A stretch of 64,000 nucleotides of DNA from Octopus vulgaris (GCA_951406725.2 OX597836.1:39804001-39868000), one strand, 5' to 3'. Positions 31,342-46,731 are shown, counted from the first letter of the stretch. Translations and numbers: made by a program. Notes: a model not told the origin generated them from the letters alone.

Positions 31342-32426
31342 CACACATACATATATATACATGCATACTTACACATATACATAAATGTGTGTGTGTGTGT
31401 GTGCATGTGTGTGTGTGTGCGGATATGTATGCATTTTTAGGTAGCAATTTCAAGTTTACCAAAACTTGAACTAATATAGGGAAGAGAGGAAAAAAAATAT
31501 TGTTAATCACACGTAAGATCCGGAAGTATAGTGTAAAAAAAAACCCAAAACAAAAAGAAAACGTAAGATAAGGGACAGAAAACATTCCACGTTAATGATT
31601 TGTTGCCTGAGGGTTTTAATCGCCAAGGGAAAATCTTGTGTATGTATATAATATTTAGTAGGTTTTTACGATGATAGTACTACTAGGGATAATATGGTGG
31701 GCAATTTAATTACGTGAATGTGGTTTCTGTTTAATAGTGCATGTGATAGGAAGATAGTTTGTAGATGCAGGCGGATGTATAATTTAAAGTATAATGGGTT
31801 TTAATGTGTAGATAAAATGCTAGATATGTTGTTTGCAGTTTAGTGGATATTTGTTAAGGACACAAGCAAAGATAGCAATTAGAGCCAATTGGATACAATC
31901 ACTCCGAAATTGGGCAGGGAAAATAATTGGAGAAAACTAGATAAAAGCTGAAATTATTACATAGAGTACAGCTCTCGCATATCTATCTACACACACACGC
32001 AGGCACATACACATACACACATATATACATGCATATACACACACATACATAGATGCGTACACACATACATTGTTGTTTGTTGTTGTTATTATCTCTCTAT
32101 ATATAAACGGCAAAATGTCTGCGTGTGTGTCCTTTATACAAATCCACAATTTTTCAGTTAGAGGGCTCACACTTTCTATGGTCATGCAAAACCGCCCAAG
32201 GGTGGTCGTGCACATCTTTACATTTCCCCAGTCACCCCGCAATAGAAGTGACATTTTTTGTGAATTTTCTATCCAAAACCCAATCAAAATGCCCGAAACT
32301 TGATACGCCAATTGAATGCCAGCTAGCTGTATGTGATTGGTCGGAGATTTGGACAGTACTCGCGTGTATGTGCGCACGCACTCACGCAGCTGTATATGCA
32401 TGCACTAGCAGTATGTAGTGCTAGTC

Positions 32427-32457
<31 letters not shown>

Positions 32458-32458
32458 A

Positions 32459-33475
<1,017 letters not shown>

Positions 33476-33478
33476 GAA

Positions 33479-33531
<53 letters not shown>

Positions 33532-33580
33532 TATTATCATTCTCATTATCATCATCATGATCATCATCATCGTCATCATG

Positions 33581-33655
<75 letters not shown>

Positions 33656-33680
33656 GTTATTGTTATTGTTATTATTATTA

Positions 33681-33764
<84 letters not shown>

Positions 33765-34340
33765 TGAGTGAGAGAGCAGTGCATGCCATCAAAGTGACAC
33801 TGGGGTAAAATATACGAAGCCCAGTATACCCATCATGACTACCAGTCTGATAAGGGTACACCAGGCACATGCATCACAACCATATGTGCGCGACATGGTG
33901 ATCTCATATCAAGATAAACAGCGCATGACCTTGCAGGTGGGGCCCAGTTAGAATTTTCTTCTTGATCGAGTAGCCTATCCCACTCAAAAGGTCCCTGAAT
34001 AAGGATTGTTTAAGGATGTTGAACGAACACCCATGTTTCCAAAGGTGAATTATTTAAAACCCTGAAGAATTCCTTTCAACACATGGCTATGATGCTCCCC
34101 CACTACTTCTGCTCGTGATCAGAGATGCACATATCGTCAGCCATTAAGGGACATGCCCAACTGGTTAAGGTCAAACAACTGACAAACAAATATGTGGTAT
34201 GGAACGGAATATTTGCTGTAGCCCATCTTTTATACCAAGACAAAACAATGTACATGATAACACTTCCAATCAGTTAAGATGAGAAGCCATGAGAGTCACT
34301 GTCTGGTACTGCATCAGGGCATCGTGCTGCATCAGGGCAT
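33765..34340 (-). mobile_element. Non-coding ~575-bp element inserted in (AAT)n; second copy at 44144-44652(+)
   Basis: Two highly similar copies in opposite orientation, both flanked on each side by (AAT)n. Both end in ...gctctctcactc followed by the triplet run. Confidence 0.85.
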
Positions 34341-34358
34341 GTTTATTATTATTATTAC

Positions 34359-34390
<32 letters not shown>

Positions 34391-34645
34391 GCTAATAGAT
34401 ACAAACATTTCTAAGTCGAGCAATGCAGTACACAACACACACAGTACAGTAGAGTGGTCTGGTTACTATCAAAGGTATACTAGTAAACCTAGCAGTAATA
34501 CTGGTTATGATATACAGAGAAACTGTTTGTTTGGACGCGTGTGCATTGGATGTTCAAAGTACAATTGAATGTTTAATCACAACGGATCATCAGTAGAAAG
34601 CTTTATTACAACAGTCAAACACACACACTCACACACACACGCGCG

Positions 34646-34769
<124 letters not shown>

Positions 34770-35614
34770 CTTTACTCTTTCACTCTCTTACTTGTTTCAG
34801 TCATTAGACTGCGGCCATGTTGGAGCACCGACTTTAGTCGAGCAAATTGACCCCAGGACTTATTCTTTGTAAGCCTAGTACTTATTCTATCGGTCTCTTT
34901 TGTCGAACCGCTAAGTGACGGGGACATAACCACACCAGCATCGGTTGTCAAGCGATGTTGGGAGGACAAACACAGACACACAAACACACACACATGCACA
35001 TATACATACATATATATGACGGGCTTCTTTCAGTTTCCGTCTACCAAATCCACTCACAAGACTTTGATCGACCCGAGGCTATAGTAGAAGTCACTCGCCC
35101 AAGTTGCCACGCAGTGGGACTGAACCCGGAACCATGTGGTTCGTAAGCAAGCTACTTACCACACGACCACTCCTGCGATATGTACATATCAATTTAGTAT
35201 ACAACCGAAAGTACTACTAATATTTTCATGCTTTTATGATACTTTTAACTAGGCATATTTATAAAATACGTTACGTATCCCCAGGTTTGGCATATTTTAT
35301 AGTATCACAAAATAAACTATTAGTAGCTCTTACAGTTGTCTATTAAATTGATATTTATTGCTCACAAGACAGAGTACATATTTTTTTTGTTGATGCTACC
35401 TATATTGGATATATGTGTCATAGATATTTCGTCGGTTCTGAGTTCAAATTCTGATGAAGGTGACTTTTCCTTTTACCCTCTAGGAGTCGATAAAATAAGT
35501 GACAGTTGATTACTAAGTTTGATGTAACTAACTACCCCTTCCCTTTATCCAAAAGGAGAGTGGATTAATTCATGTTGTCTTTTTAAGCCATTTGCTCTTT
35601 TAAGCCATCATCTT

Positions 35615-36001
35615 TAGTTAGTTAGTTAATTTTTTGGCTCAAAGGCAAAAAGCAGGGCCATGTAGGGGGACATGGAGTTAAGTACAGGGTGGTGTTCATG
35701 TAAAGAGTTCAGGCCACTTGAGGTCAAGGGAGACTTTGAACAAAGCGGTCGTCGGCATCTTCACCATCTCGTCCGGCAACTTGTTCCACGGATCCGCAAC
35801 CCGGACGGAGAAAGCTCCTCTCCTTCGATTGAGATGAAATCGTCACCGGTAGAGCTTTTCGGAATGACCCCGCAGCCGACGCTCTGGAGCAGGAGTGAAG
35901 AACAGCTCTTTCGAGAGGTTACACTTTCCGCTTATGATGTTGTGAGCGAGAATGAGATCACCACGGCGGCGGCGTTTTTCTGGAGAATAAAGGTCGAGCG
36001 T
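35615..36001 (-). pseudogene. CR1-clade LINE 3' end
   Basis: LDLYSPEKRRRRGDLILAHNIISG...RLRGHSEKLYR*RFHLNRRRGAFSVRVADPWNKLPDEMV...FKVSLD, the classic CR1 ORF2 C-terminus, followed by a short UTR and (TAAC)n tail. Confidence 0.9.
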
Positions 36002-36143
36002 AATTGTCTCGATACAATGATTATGAATGTATCAACATCTGAGGTCATATATATGTGTTACATTTTTCTAAAGCAATCTATCCAAAATATGGTGACTTCA
36101 TGGGTCCCTGTAAACCTGTGCAAGGCCGAGTACGACTGCTAGT

Positions 36144-36460
36144 GATCACGTGATCACGTGACCGACCAGACCATCAGATGTTGTTACACATCGCTGGTCA
36201 CAATGCATTTGCATTGTTTTTTTTTTTTAGCCTTCGAATAACGCCACCCGCTGGCTAAGCGAGCAGGCCAACAGAAGAAAGAGTGAGAGTAGGAGTGGTG
36301 AAAGAGTACAGCAGGGATCGCCACCACCTCCTGCCGGAGCCTCGTGGAGCTTTTTAGGTGTTTTCGCTCAATAAACACACACAACGCCCGGTCTGGGAAT
36401 CGAAACCGCGATCCTACGACCGCGAGTCCGCTGCCCTAACCACTGGGCCATTGCGCCTCC
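36144..36460 (-). mobile_element. SINE family B with tail type i, full length with TSD
   Basis: The head ends at 36460. TSD actgctagt at 36135-36143 and 36461-36469. Confidence 0.9.
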
Positions 36461-38204
36461 ACTGCTAGTACTTAATAAAAATACAAAACCTGATGCCAAA
36501 ATTTGAAGCCATTATGTATTCTTCACTTATCTTGCGTCTTAACTCTCGCTGCCAGACATACTGTCAACCATTGACTGGCTGTTTGTTAGAAACCTGTAAT
36601 CACCGACGCTAATGTTCACCAATCACAATATTAAATAATATCAAATAAATGTCTCCCTGTAATATATGCCCAACGCTAAACTGACTTAATCCAGTTTATG
36701 TATCGATCAATTGATCCAGTCTGAATGTGCAGATTTATCAGATCAATCAACTTCCTGTTTGTTTCGGTTTTTGTCTGTGCTTTATTTTTTTTTTTGTTTC
36801 GTGTTTGATTTTGGCTAAATATTTGGTGAAAAAAAAAATCAGCTTATGTTTAAAGAGTATTTGATGCTTTTAAGTTTATTTACTCTGTACTTAAGCTACA
36901 TATCATACGAATCCAAATTAAATATATAATCGATTTGACATAGTAGTTATGGGTTTAGATCGTTCAAATATTCGGTAGTTATGTAATCCATCATTATATT
37001 GGAAAATGAGTGGCTGTGTGGTAAGTTGCTTGCTTACCAACCACATGGTTTAGGGTTCGGTCCCACTGCGTGGCACGTCCGGTAAGTGTCTTCTACTATA
37101 GCCTCGGGCCGACCAAAGCCTTGTGGGTGGATTTGGTAGACGGAAACTGAAAGAAGCGCGTCGTATATATATATATATATGTATGTATGTGTGTGTGTGT
37201 GTGTGTGTGTATGTTTGTGTGTCTGTGTTTGTCCCCTCCCCCAACATCGCTTGACAACCGATGGTGGTGTGGTTACGTCCCCGTAACTTAGCGGTTCGGC
37301 AAAAAAGAGACCGATAGAATAAGTACTAGGCTTACAAATAATAAGTCCAGGGGTCGATTTGATTCGACTAAAGGCGGTGCTCCAGTATGACCGCAGTCAA
37401 ATGACTGAAACAAGTAAAAGAATAAAAGAAAAGAAAGAAAGAATGTATGTATGTATGTACGTATATTTTAATACTGGAAGCACTCAGTAGCCTCGGAATC
37501 CAACGTGTAAAGGTATGTTGATCTTCTAGTGTCTGTTGCCGTGCAGTGGGGTGGCGGGTATACAATATTTTTAGTTTTCCTTTCAGCGCTTGAATAGAAT
37601 ATATTTCTGAAATAGCCACATAATCTATATAAACTAGCAGGCTCACTTGCTATGCTGTGCTGGGGAAATATTTATAGAATTGATTTGCTTCTGGTTGATA
37701 TGAAAATACTAAATAAAGAGACAAACAGGAAAATTTGCAATGCATTGATCTATATATGTGGTTTGTCAAATGTGGCTTACGGAGTATCCGGTTAGAGAGA
37801 CATGCTGCCTCTCAGTAAACGGATGTCCAATTGTAGCAGCTTGTGGTGTGTAGTTACTATATTTCGTACATTTGAAATCGCCCAATACGTAGAAAGAAGT
37901 AAATTATAAATAACATACGATGGATGATGTAATATAAGTAATGTAACCTAGAGCAGACAATATAAGAAATAATACAATACATACTTGTTTAATTCATCGT
38001 GGAGCAGTGGCAGTATAGTGGGCACATATACTCTGGAGATTGATAGATTGATCTTACGCTCTGCGAAGAAATAGATGCTATTATTGTTGATATTTACATA
38101 TCACAAGCATACCCATCATATACATCAACATATATATATATACTTATACCTACAGGTGTAGGAGTAGATTATATTATTGCAATAAATATTTCACGTACAT
38201 ATTC

Positions 38205-38276
<72 letters not shown>

Positions 38277-38629
38277 ATACGACGGTTTTTTCCAGTTTCC
38301 GTCTGCCAAATCCACTCACAGGGCTGTGAGAATATAGTAGAAGACACCTGCCCAAGGTGCCATGCAGTGGGACTGAACCCGGAACCATGTGGTTGGGAAG
38401 CAAGCTTCTTACCACACAGCCACGCCTGCGCCTATAGCCACATCTGCGCCTAAGTATTTATATTTGGGAAATTGGAAATTTCCTGATATTATTTATTCAG
38501 CATTACACATGTTTCATTTGCTAATAGGAATTACAAAGTTCTACATGTTAGATTAACATGTAATGCATATCTTATTAGAAATTTTGTAATTCCTCCATGT
38601 GTTTAATACGAAATTCCTTACATGTAAAA

Positions 38630-38968
38630 TTTGAATTCAAATCAGGACAGACTTTTACTGTAAAAATCACTTTACATGTTCTTCAAGGAATATAATATAC
38701 GCTATCAGATGTCAAGAATGTAATGAAGTTTACATAAGTCCAACAAAGCTAACTCTAAGAAATAGACTGACCGTTCACCGACAACAAATACGAGACCCTA
38801 GTACGGGACAGATCCCACTGAGTAGTCACATAAACATGTGCAAGAAATAAGTCCTCCAAATTCCATGTCTTCCCACTCTACCTGTGTTCAGCGAATACCA
38901 CAGATGAAGTACGGATTAGCAAAGAAAATACTTTCATACAAAAGTACAAACCAAGACTTAAACTTTAA
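38630..38968 (+). pseudogene. Penelope-like element, GIY-YIG endonuclease remnant (second family)
   Basis: With frameshifts: FEFKSGQTFTVK / HFTCSSRNIIYAIRCQECNEVYISPTKLTLRNRLTVHRQQI...SHINMC / FHVFPLY...VRISKENTFIQKYKPRL. Confidence 0.85.
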
Positions 38969-39572
38969 CAGAGTACACACACCAATAACTATTCACACAC
39001 AACACTCATTCTGCTACTTATCATGAGGAAGCAACACAGCCAACAACATAACATTTTAGCCACTGGACTACATACAAATGACTCCTGTCCACCAGACAGA
39101 TTAAATTTGGAGTGCCTTGATTATAGCTAAACATGTCCACTAACCGTGTCGGCCTTCTTTTGAGGCTTAAAATAGACTGTTACGTGACACTAACGCACGA
39201 ACGTAGCGGGTAACGTACAAAAGGTTATAAACTTAATTATGTGTTCATCAGAGAGTCAGCCTTAACTTACGACGCCAAACATTACCACGTGACACTAACA
39301 TACGGACATAGCGGGGAACCTATCAAAAATTTCTAAGACCAGTCATGTAACTGGTCTTAGAAATGTACCAATGAAATCCTATTCGAGCCATGAACTCCCT
39401 ATAAAAATAGAGCAAACTTCAAACACTAGTCAGAGGCAAGACAGCTGCGACATAAGCCACGTCTTTCTATTCGAAAGTTTTGAAAATCGGTGTAAACTGG
39501 GAAACATGTTGAAACTTTAAATATATTAATAAAATATATTTTAACTACTTTCAGTGCATTTTCCCGCTCTAT

Positions 39573-39671
<99 letters not shown>

Positions 39672-39718
39672 GTTAGACACTACGCACATTTTTTTCTCTC
39701 CTTGTTTTTCCCGTGTCC

Positions 39719-39754
39719 CTTTCTGTAGAAGAGCGTAGGCTCGAAACATAAAAG
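39719..39754 (+). ncRNA. Minimal hammerhead-like motif, CUGUAGA family (stem III mutated)
   Basis: CUUU-CUGUAGA-A-GAGC-GUAG-GCUC-GAAA-CA-UA-AAAG. Confidence 0.5.
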
Positions 39755-40167
39755 ACTTCTGTTCCAGAGCGTTATACTAATACATCTGTTTGTTTTGTAC
39801 ACCACCTGTCTTCATTTTTTTTTTTTTTTTCTTAAACTATCCCTATATATATATATATATTCTTGGTCTTGTATTCGGTTTGGAAATTTATTGGTACAAG
39901 GACTCTCCCAAGGCACATCAATTTATACACACACACAGACGTATTTCTAATCATATACATACATACACACACATACATTAACATGCGTACATACACACAC
40001 GCACACACACACACACACACATACACACACAGCTACATATAAACAGTGTATTATGCAACAGAATTGTGATATTTATCAGTTCTTTTGCTCAGGAAGTAGA
40101 GCACTCTTAAATGTCAATAATTCACTGTCATACGAGAAAATTCTTTACAACACATCTACACACATAG

Positions 40168-40198
<31 letters not shown>

Positions 40199-40238
40199 AA
40201 CACACACATATATATATATATATATATGTGTATATATA

Positions 40239-40337
<99 letters not shown>

Positions 40338-40349
40338 ATATATATAAAC

Positions 40350-40415
<66 letters not shown>

Positions 40416-41053
40416 CTTCTGTTTACACGTCATTTTCCCTCTTTACATTATGGCCGTTTGTTTCACCTCGTCCATCTTTTAAGATAGTTGTTTTGACCTA
40501 GCTGCTTTATAGAGCGGCAGTTTCCTGAGCATCCCTCTCATACTCACCACCACCACCACCACCGCCGCCACTACAACCACTACAAGATGAGCTGCTTGGA
40601 CGGAAGTAAAACATTAGCGCCATTGTCGGAAGATTTTTATAAGATATTTTATTAAATGTCTAATGACATAAATTGTGTTGTCCCTGAATATATTTGATGT
40701 ATATACAGCTAAATAGGTCTCTTGCTTATAAAATGTTTACGACTTGTTGTTTACAATATCGATCCTTCTGTCTGTCTGTCTCTCTCTCATTCTCTCTCTC
40801 TCTCTCTACCTTTCTAAGAATTACTGGCGTGTAGAATATTTGCGACATTAATTATATTAGGATATATAGAAATCGCATGCATCTGAACATATACGAGCGT
40901 ACACGCACATACATATATATACATACAGTCATACGCACACATATTCATATATGCATATATACGTGCATACATACTTACACACGTGTATATATAGGTTCCG
41001 TTTCTATGTTTTTAGATACACACATACACACACGCACATACATATACGTATAT

Positions 41054-41108
<55 letters not shown>

Positions 41109-41325
41109 AATACTTATATACACATATACACATATATAAATACATATACATATACATACATATAATTACATATATATACATATATATATATATACATAAA
41201 TACTTACATACACATATATAAATACATATACATATACATACATATAATTACATATGTATATATATATATATAGTCATATACATACATATACATATGCGCT
41301 TGCATAGGAACATACAAATATACTG

Positions 41326-41356
<31 letters not shown>

Positions 41357-41383
41357 CATATGTATGCGTACAAACATGTATTC

Positions 41384-41442
<59 letters not shown>

Positions 41443-41690
41443 CATGTACACATATGTGCAGGCCATACAGGCACGTATAGTGACACTAGCGACACACAGA
41501 CCCCAAAACACATATTCCTCCTCGCGTGACATCGTCTTCATACCATCAAGATTGTCCTACATATTTCAACAATGTCACCATTCATCGTAGCTTTGTAAAT
41601 TACTGCATTCAGGTCTTCCGTACATCAGTCTCGGTTCTCGTCGTGGAAACAGTCACTTCTATCTTCTGAATACTGATACTGTTAATGGGC

Positions 41691-41753
<63 letters not shown>

Positions 41754-41826
41754 CAGCAGCGGCGGCGGCGGTGGTGGTGGTGGTGGTGGTAGTAGTAGTA
41801 GTAATAGTAGTAGTAGTAGTAGTAGC

Positions 41827-41879
<53 letters not shown>

Positions 41880-41914
41880 CAGCAGCAGCGGCGGCGGCGG
41901 TGGTGGTGGTGGTG

Positions 41915-41971
<57 letters not shown>

Positions 41972-42698
41972 ATGGTGGTGGTGGTGGTGCTGGTAGAAGC
42001 GTTAGCACGCCGGGCGAAATGCGTAGCCGTATTTCGTCTGCCGTTACGTTCTGAGTTCAAATTCCGCCGTGGTCGACTTTGCCTTTCATCATTTCGGGGT
42101 CGATAAATTAAGTACCAGTTATGCACTGGCCACAGGAAAAGCAGGCAAGGTAGGTTAAGTCGGAACGTAGCAGTTGCTGTTTCGTTGCACCTATTTTTCC
42201 AGGTGTGCAACCTAATCAGTACTAGGCTAGGACTAAGCGGGAAAAAAGGTAATAGACCGAAACAATAAGGGAACTTCTACGTGGATTCTTTTCTCGTGGA
42301 TTCTTTTACCCCTTAGTCAGAGAATGAAGGGCAGCACCATCACCTCCCCCGCCTTCCATTTCCTTTCTAGAGCCATCGAAACTTATCTCTTTCTTCTAAA
42401 CATAGAAGGGACAAACAAAGGGATTAAGTCGATTACATCGACCCCCAGTGCGTAACTGGTACTTAATTTATCGACCCTGAAAGGATGAAAAGCAAAGTCG
42501 ACCTCGGCAGACGAAATACGGCAGACGAAATACGGCTACGCATTTCGCCCAGCGTGCTAACGTTTCTGCCAGCTCGCCGCCTTCCAACATGTCAATATAA
42601 TTAACACACGCATTGGTTCAATTCCATTTATTTATTAAAATATCCGATTTGTTTTTGTCAAAGATCTTTTGTTGCTCTTTTGCAACCTTCTCAATGAC

Positions 42699-42739
42699 GT
42701 CTATAAGTACGGCGTGCTAAGCGATTGCGCCACCATGGC
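42699..42739 (-). pseudogene. Inverted 5' half of tRNA-Ile(TAT)
   Basis: Reverse complement GCCATGGTGGCGCAATCGCTTAGCACGCCGTACTTATAGAC equals exon 1 plus the first three intron bases of the adjacent tRNA, with a few substitutions. No 3' exon follows. Confidence 0.8.
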
Positions 42740-42778
42740 AACCATCAAATAATTAAAATATACCGTATGCTATCAATT

Positions 42779-42887
42779 GCCCCGGTGGCACAATCGGTTA
42801 GCGCGCCGTACTTATAGACAGTAACTTGGCTGTGTGAGTCAGGGATGAGGAATGCGGAGGTTGTGAGTTCGAACCTCACCCGGGGCA
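42779..42887 (+). tRNA. tRNA-Ile-TAT: tRNA-Ile(TAT), intron-containing (exons 42779-42816 and 42852-42887; 35-nt intron)
   Basis: Acceptor GCCCCGG/CCGGGGC+A; anticodon stem CCGTA/TGCGG; TAT at 42813-42815; intron after position 37; T arm GTGAG-TTCGAAC-CTCAC; T-runs downstream. One A-C mismatch in the D stem. Confidence 0.93.
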
Positions 42888-43479
42888 TCGATATTTTGTC
42901 GTGAATTTTTTATATATTGATTTGACTTTTCTTTCTATATTTAAATATGCTGGCACAGTAGAAACGATTGTCGCTGATGTATGATGTGATCAAACAATTA
43001 ACGGTGTGATATTTTCATTCTTGTTCATGCTGTTATACACACACACACACATATGTATAAATATTTTCGTTTATTCTTTTACTTGTTTCACTCATTTGAC
43101 TGCGGCCACGCTAGAGATCCACCTTTAGTCTAAAAATCGACCCCATAACTCATTCTTTGTAAGCCTAGTACTTATTCTATCGGTTTCGTTTTCCGAACCG
43201 CTAAGTTACGGGGACGAAAACACACCAGCATCGGTTGTCAAGTGATGGTCGTGTGAGGACAAACACAACACACAAACATATACATATACAACGGGATTCT
43301 TTCAGTTTCCGTCTAACAAATCCATTCACAAGGCTTTGGTCGGCCCGAGGCTATAGCAAAATACACTTGCCCAAGGTGCTACGCAGCGTGACTGAAGCCA
43401 GGACCATGTGGTTGGTAAGCAAGCTACTTACCGCACAGCCACTCCTGCGCTTATATATATAGTTGAAATTTTTTAGAAA

Positions 43480-43560
43480 AACAAAAGGCGAAGGCAGGTG
43501 TATGAACAAAAGGTGAAGACAGGTGTATGAACAAAAGGTGAAAACAGGTGTATGAACAAA
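43480..43560. repeat. 25-bp tandem repeat x3 inside a decayed hammerhead-family unit
   Basis: aacaaaaggtgaagacaggtgtatg repeated three times with minor changes. Confidence 0.8.
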
Positions 43561-43799
43561 AAGCAGGAGTATTAGTTTGATGCTAGGGAAAATTAAAAGC
43601 CTTATACGGTTCGATCCTACGCTGTTCAGCAAGAAAGAATAAGGGCGGCGGGCTGGCAGAATCGTTAGCATGCCGGGCGAAATGCTTTACGGTATTTCGT
43701 CTGCCGTTACGTTCTGAGTTCAAATTCCGCCGAGGTCGACTTTGCCCTTCATCCTTTCGGGGTCGATTAAATAAGTACCAGTTACGCACTGGGGTCGAC

Positions 43800-43990
43800 T
43801 TCGAGACATACAAGGTGTTAGAGCACCGAAGGCCAGATATAGTAACCTTTAGGTGGGACAAACAAGGGTGCCTAATAATTGATGTGGCAGTGTCAGGAGA
43901 TCAACAAATCATCATGAAAGAAGGAGAAGAGGTTGATAAATATGGAGACCTGAGAATTGAGATCGCTAAGATGTGGAAGCTACGAGAGAA
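43800..43990 (+). pseudogene. Dong/R4-type restriction-like endonuclease fragment
   Basis: KVLEHRRPDIVTFRWDKQGCLIIDVAVSGDQQIIMKEGEEVDKYGDLRIEIAKMW (RPD...IIDV...KY). Confidence 0.85.
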
Positions 43991-44092
43991 GTTGACTCAG
44001 AGAAGCCACGGTGGAACTTGAACTCAGAACGTAAAGATGGAGTAAATACCTCTAAGAATTTCGTCCGGCGTGCTAACGACTCTGCCAACAAC

Positions 44093-44143
<51 letters not shown>

Positions 44144-44146
<3 letters not shown>

Positions 44147-44652
44147 TGATTGGAAGTGTTATCATGTACATTGTTTTGTCTTGGTATAAAAGATGGGCTA
44201 CAGCAAATATTCTGCTCAATACCACAGATTTGCTTGTCAGTTGTTTGACCTTAACCAGTTGAGCATGTCCCTTAGTGGCTGATGATATGTGCATCTCTGA
44301 TCACGAGCAGAAGTAGTGGGGGAGCATCATAGCCATGTGTTGAGAGGGATTCTTTGGGGTTTGAATAGTTCACCATTAGAAACATGGGTGGTTCTTTCAA
44401 CATCCTTAAACAACCCTTATTCAGGGACCGTTTGAGCGGGATGGGCTACTCAACCTGAAGAAAATTCTAACTGGGCCCCACCTGCAAGGTCATGTGCTGT
44501 TTATTTTGATATGAGATCACCATGTCGCGCACATATGGTTGTGATGCATGTGCCTGGTGTACCTTTATCAGACGGGTAGTCATGATGGGTATATTGGGCT
44601 TCGTATATTTTACCCCAGTGTCACTTTGATGGCATGAACTGCTCTCTCACTC
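44144..44652 (+). mobile_element. Second, 5'-shorter copy of the (AAT)n-embedded non-coding element
   Basis: Reverse complement of 33765-34276; lacks the first ~65 nt of the other copy. Confidence 0.85.
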
Positions 44653-45214
44653 AATAATAATAATAATAATTGGCTTCTCTTCATGAGGAGAAATGATGTG
44701 TCTCGTCACCCAAATTTATACAAATTACCTTCAATAATCTAATTTTAAGTTTAATTTTCTTAAAATTCCTTAGATATAACAATATATTAAAGTATTGAGG
44801 ACTCAATCCGCTGTTTATAATAGAACCAATAAGTTGAACACGGGAACACGAGAGTGACTTCCCTTTCTTAATTCGTCATGTGACACTTGTTGCCGTCTGT
44901 GCAACTGATGACTTGCGCAAATGTTGTTTAGAAACGATTTTCTGTTTAAGTCAACCTTGTAAATAACTTCAGGCTGTGCGGTAAGAGGTTTGCTTTCTAA
45001 CCACATGGTTCCAGGTTCAGTCCCACTGCATGGCATTTTGTCTTCCACTATAGCCCTAGGCCAACCAAATTTTTATGAGTGGATAGTGTAGAAGGAAACT
45101 GAAAGAGGCCTGTCGTATATATACATACATATGCATTTATGTGTGTGTGTGTGTGTATGTATGTAAGCTGATTCTTGTGACGGGAGCTCTCTTAGTTGTT
45201 TCAGGTCGAAACAT

Positions 45215-45470
45215 GTACCAATGTTCTGGCGGGAATAGCTGATCTTAGCATTATTAACGTCGAAGAGTTTGTTGCATTAGTTAGCAGGTAGAAAATGTCC
45301 TAGGAGGGATGGGAATATTCTAGCTGTATTCGTGGCTATATTCACATGGTAAGTTGAATTAAAGCAGATTAATCCCATTTCCCCAGTTCTAATTTGTGGA
45401 GAATGTTCTTTGTATATTAGCTTCTGGCTAAAGCCATCCTTGCGAGTGCATCAGCTTAAGCAGCTCAATT
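45215..45470 (-). pseudogene. Penelope-like element RT-endonuclease linker remnant
   Basis: GLICFNSTYHVNIATNTARIFPSLLGHFLPAN*CNKLFDVNNAKISYSRQNIG resembles the 'IIWFNPPY..NV.TNIG..F..L...HFP......KIFN.N..KISYS' linker of PLEs. Confidence 0.6.
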
Positions 45471-46155
45471 AGTAATGTTTCATGTTGAGAGGGCGGAAAA
45501 ATCTTATTTCCAGCTTTAGCTTTCCCTGTGTATAATATTTACCTGTGTTTAAAGGTAGTAATGTCTCTAAACTAGACGGTATTATTACGTTAGGCGGCGA
45601 GCTGGCAGAAACGTTAGCATGCCGGGCGAAATGCCTAGCGGTATTTCATCTGCCGTTACATTCTGAGTTCAAATTCCGCCGAGGTCGACTTTGCCTTTCA
45701 TCCTTTCGGGGTCGATAAATTAAGTACCAGTTATGCACTGGGGTCGATACAATCGACTTAATCTGTTTGTCTGTCCTTGTTTGTCCTCCCTGTGTTTAGC
45801 CCCTTGTGGGTAGTAAAGAAATAGGTATTATTATGTTAGTTTAGCCGGAATTTACGTTCATAATTCAAATAGATTTTTTTTTTGAAAACGTCTGTCTGAT
45901 TCTTTACTCTCCGCACTCCCCACACTCATACAATACCTATCTTAATCCTTTATGTTTTAATAGCTCCACGCATTGGGCTGAAGGCATGCGGGGTTTCCAC
46001 CTCGAAAGATTTAGCCGAATGAATCAACGAGTACTTATTTTTAAGGCGGCTACTATTCTATCAGTCACTTTATCAGAACAGCTATGTTACGGGGACCTAA
46101 GCAAACCAACAGCGGTTTTCATACACAAATACACACACATACATACATATAAAAG

Positions 46156-46201
<46 letters not shown>

Positions 46202-46295
46202 AAAGTTTACGAAAAATCCAAAAGACAAAAGACGAAGACAAGTGGTGTACAAAACAAACAGATGTATTAGTATAACGCTCAGGAATAGAAAAAGT

Positions 46296-46331
46296 CTTTT
46301 ACGTTTCGAGCCTACGATTTTCTACAGAAAG
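46296..46331 (-). ncRNA. Minimal hammerhead-like motif, CUGUAGA family (stem II mutated)
   Basis: CUUU-CUGUAGA-AAAUC-GUAG-GCUC-GAAA-CG-UA-AAAG within a ~195-bp unit (46199-46393) bounded by (TA)n on both sides. Confidence 0.5.
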
Positions 46332-46391
46332 GGACACAGAAAAAACAAGGAGAAAAAAATGTGTGTAGTGGCTAAAATGATCTATCATGGT

Positions 46392-46422
<31 letters not shown>

Positions 46423-46624
46423 GGGACGGGCTTCTTTCAGTATCATCAACCAAATCCATTCACAAGGTTTTAGTCTCCACCCAGAGAAATAGAGGAAGAA
46501 ATTTACCCTTGTAGCCACGCATTAGGATTGAATCCGGAACGATTTTTTTTAGCAAGTAAAATTCTTACCACACAGAGCCACACTTGTGCCTATATATACA
46601 CATATATATATATATATATATACA

Positions 46625-46731
<107 letters not shown>

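Noticed and set aside
44272-44340. CUGA(U/C)GA inside the (AAT)n-embedded element
   Set aside because: There is no correctly placed GAAA or stem III, and the T/C difference between copies is a CpG transition.
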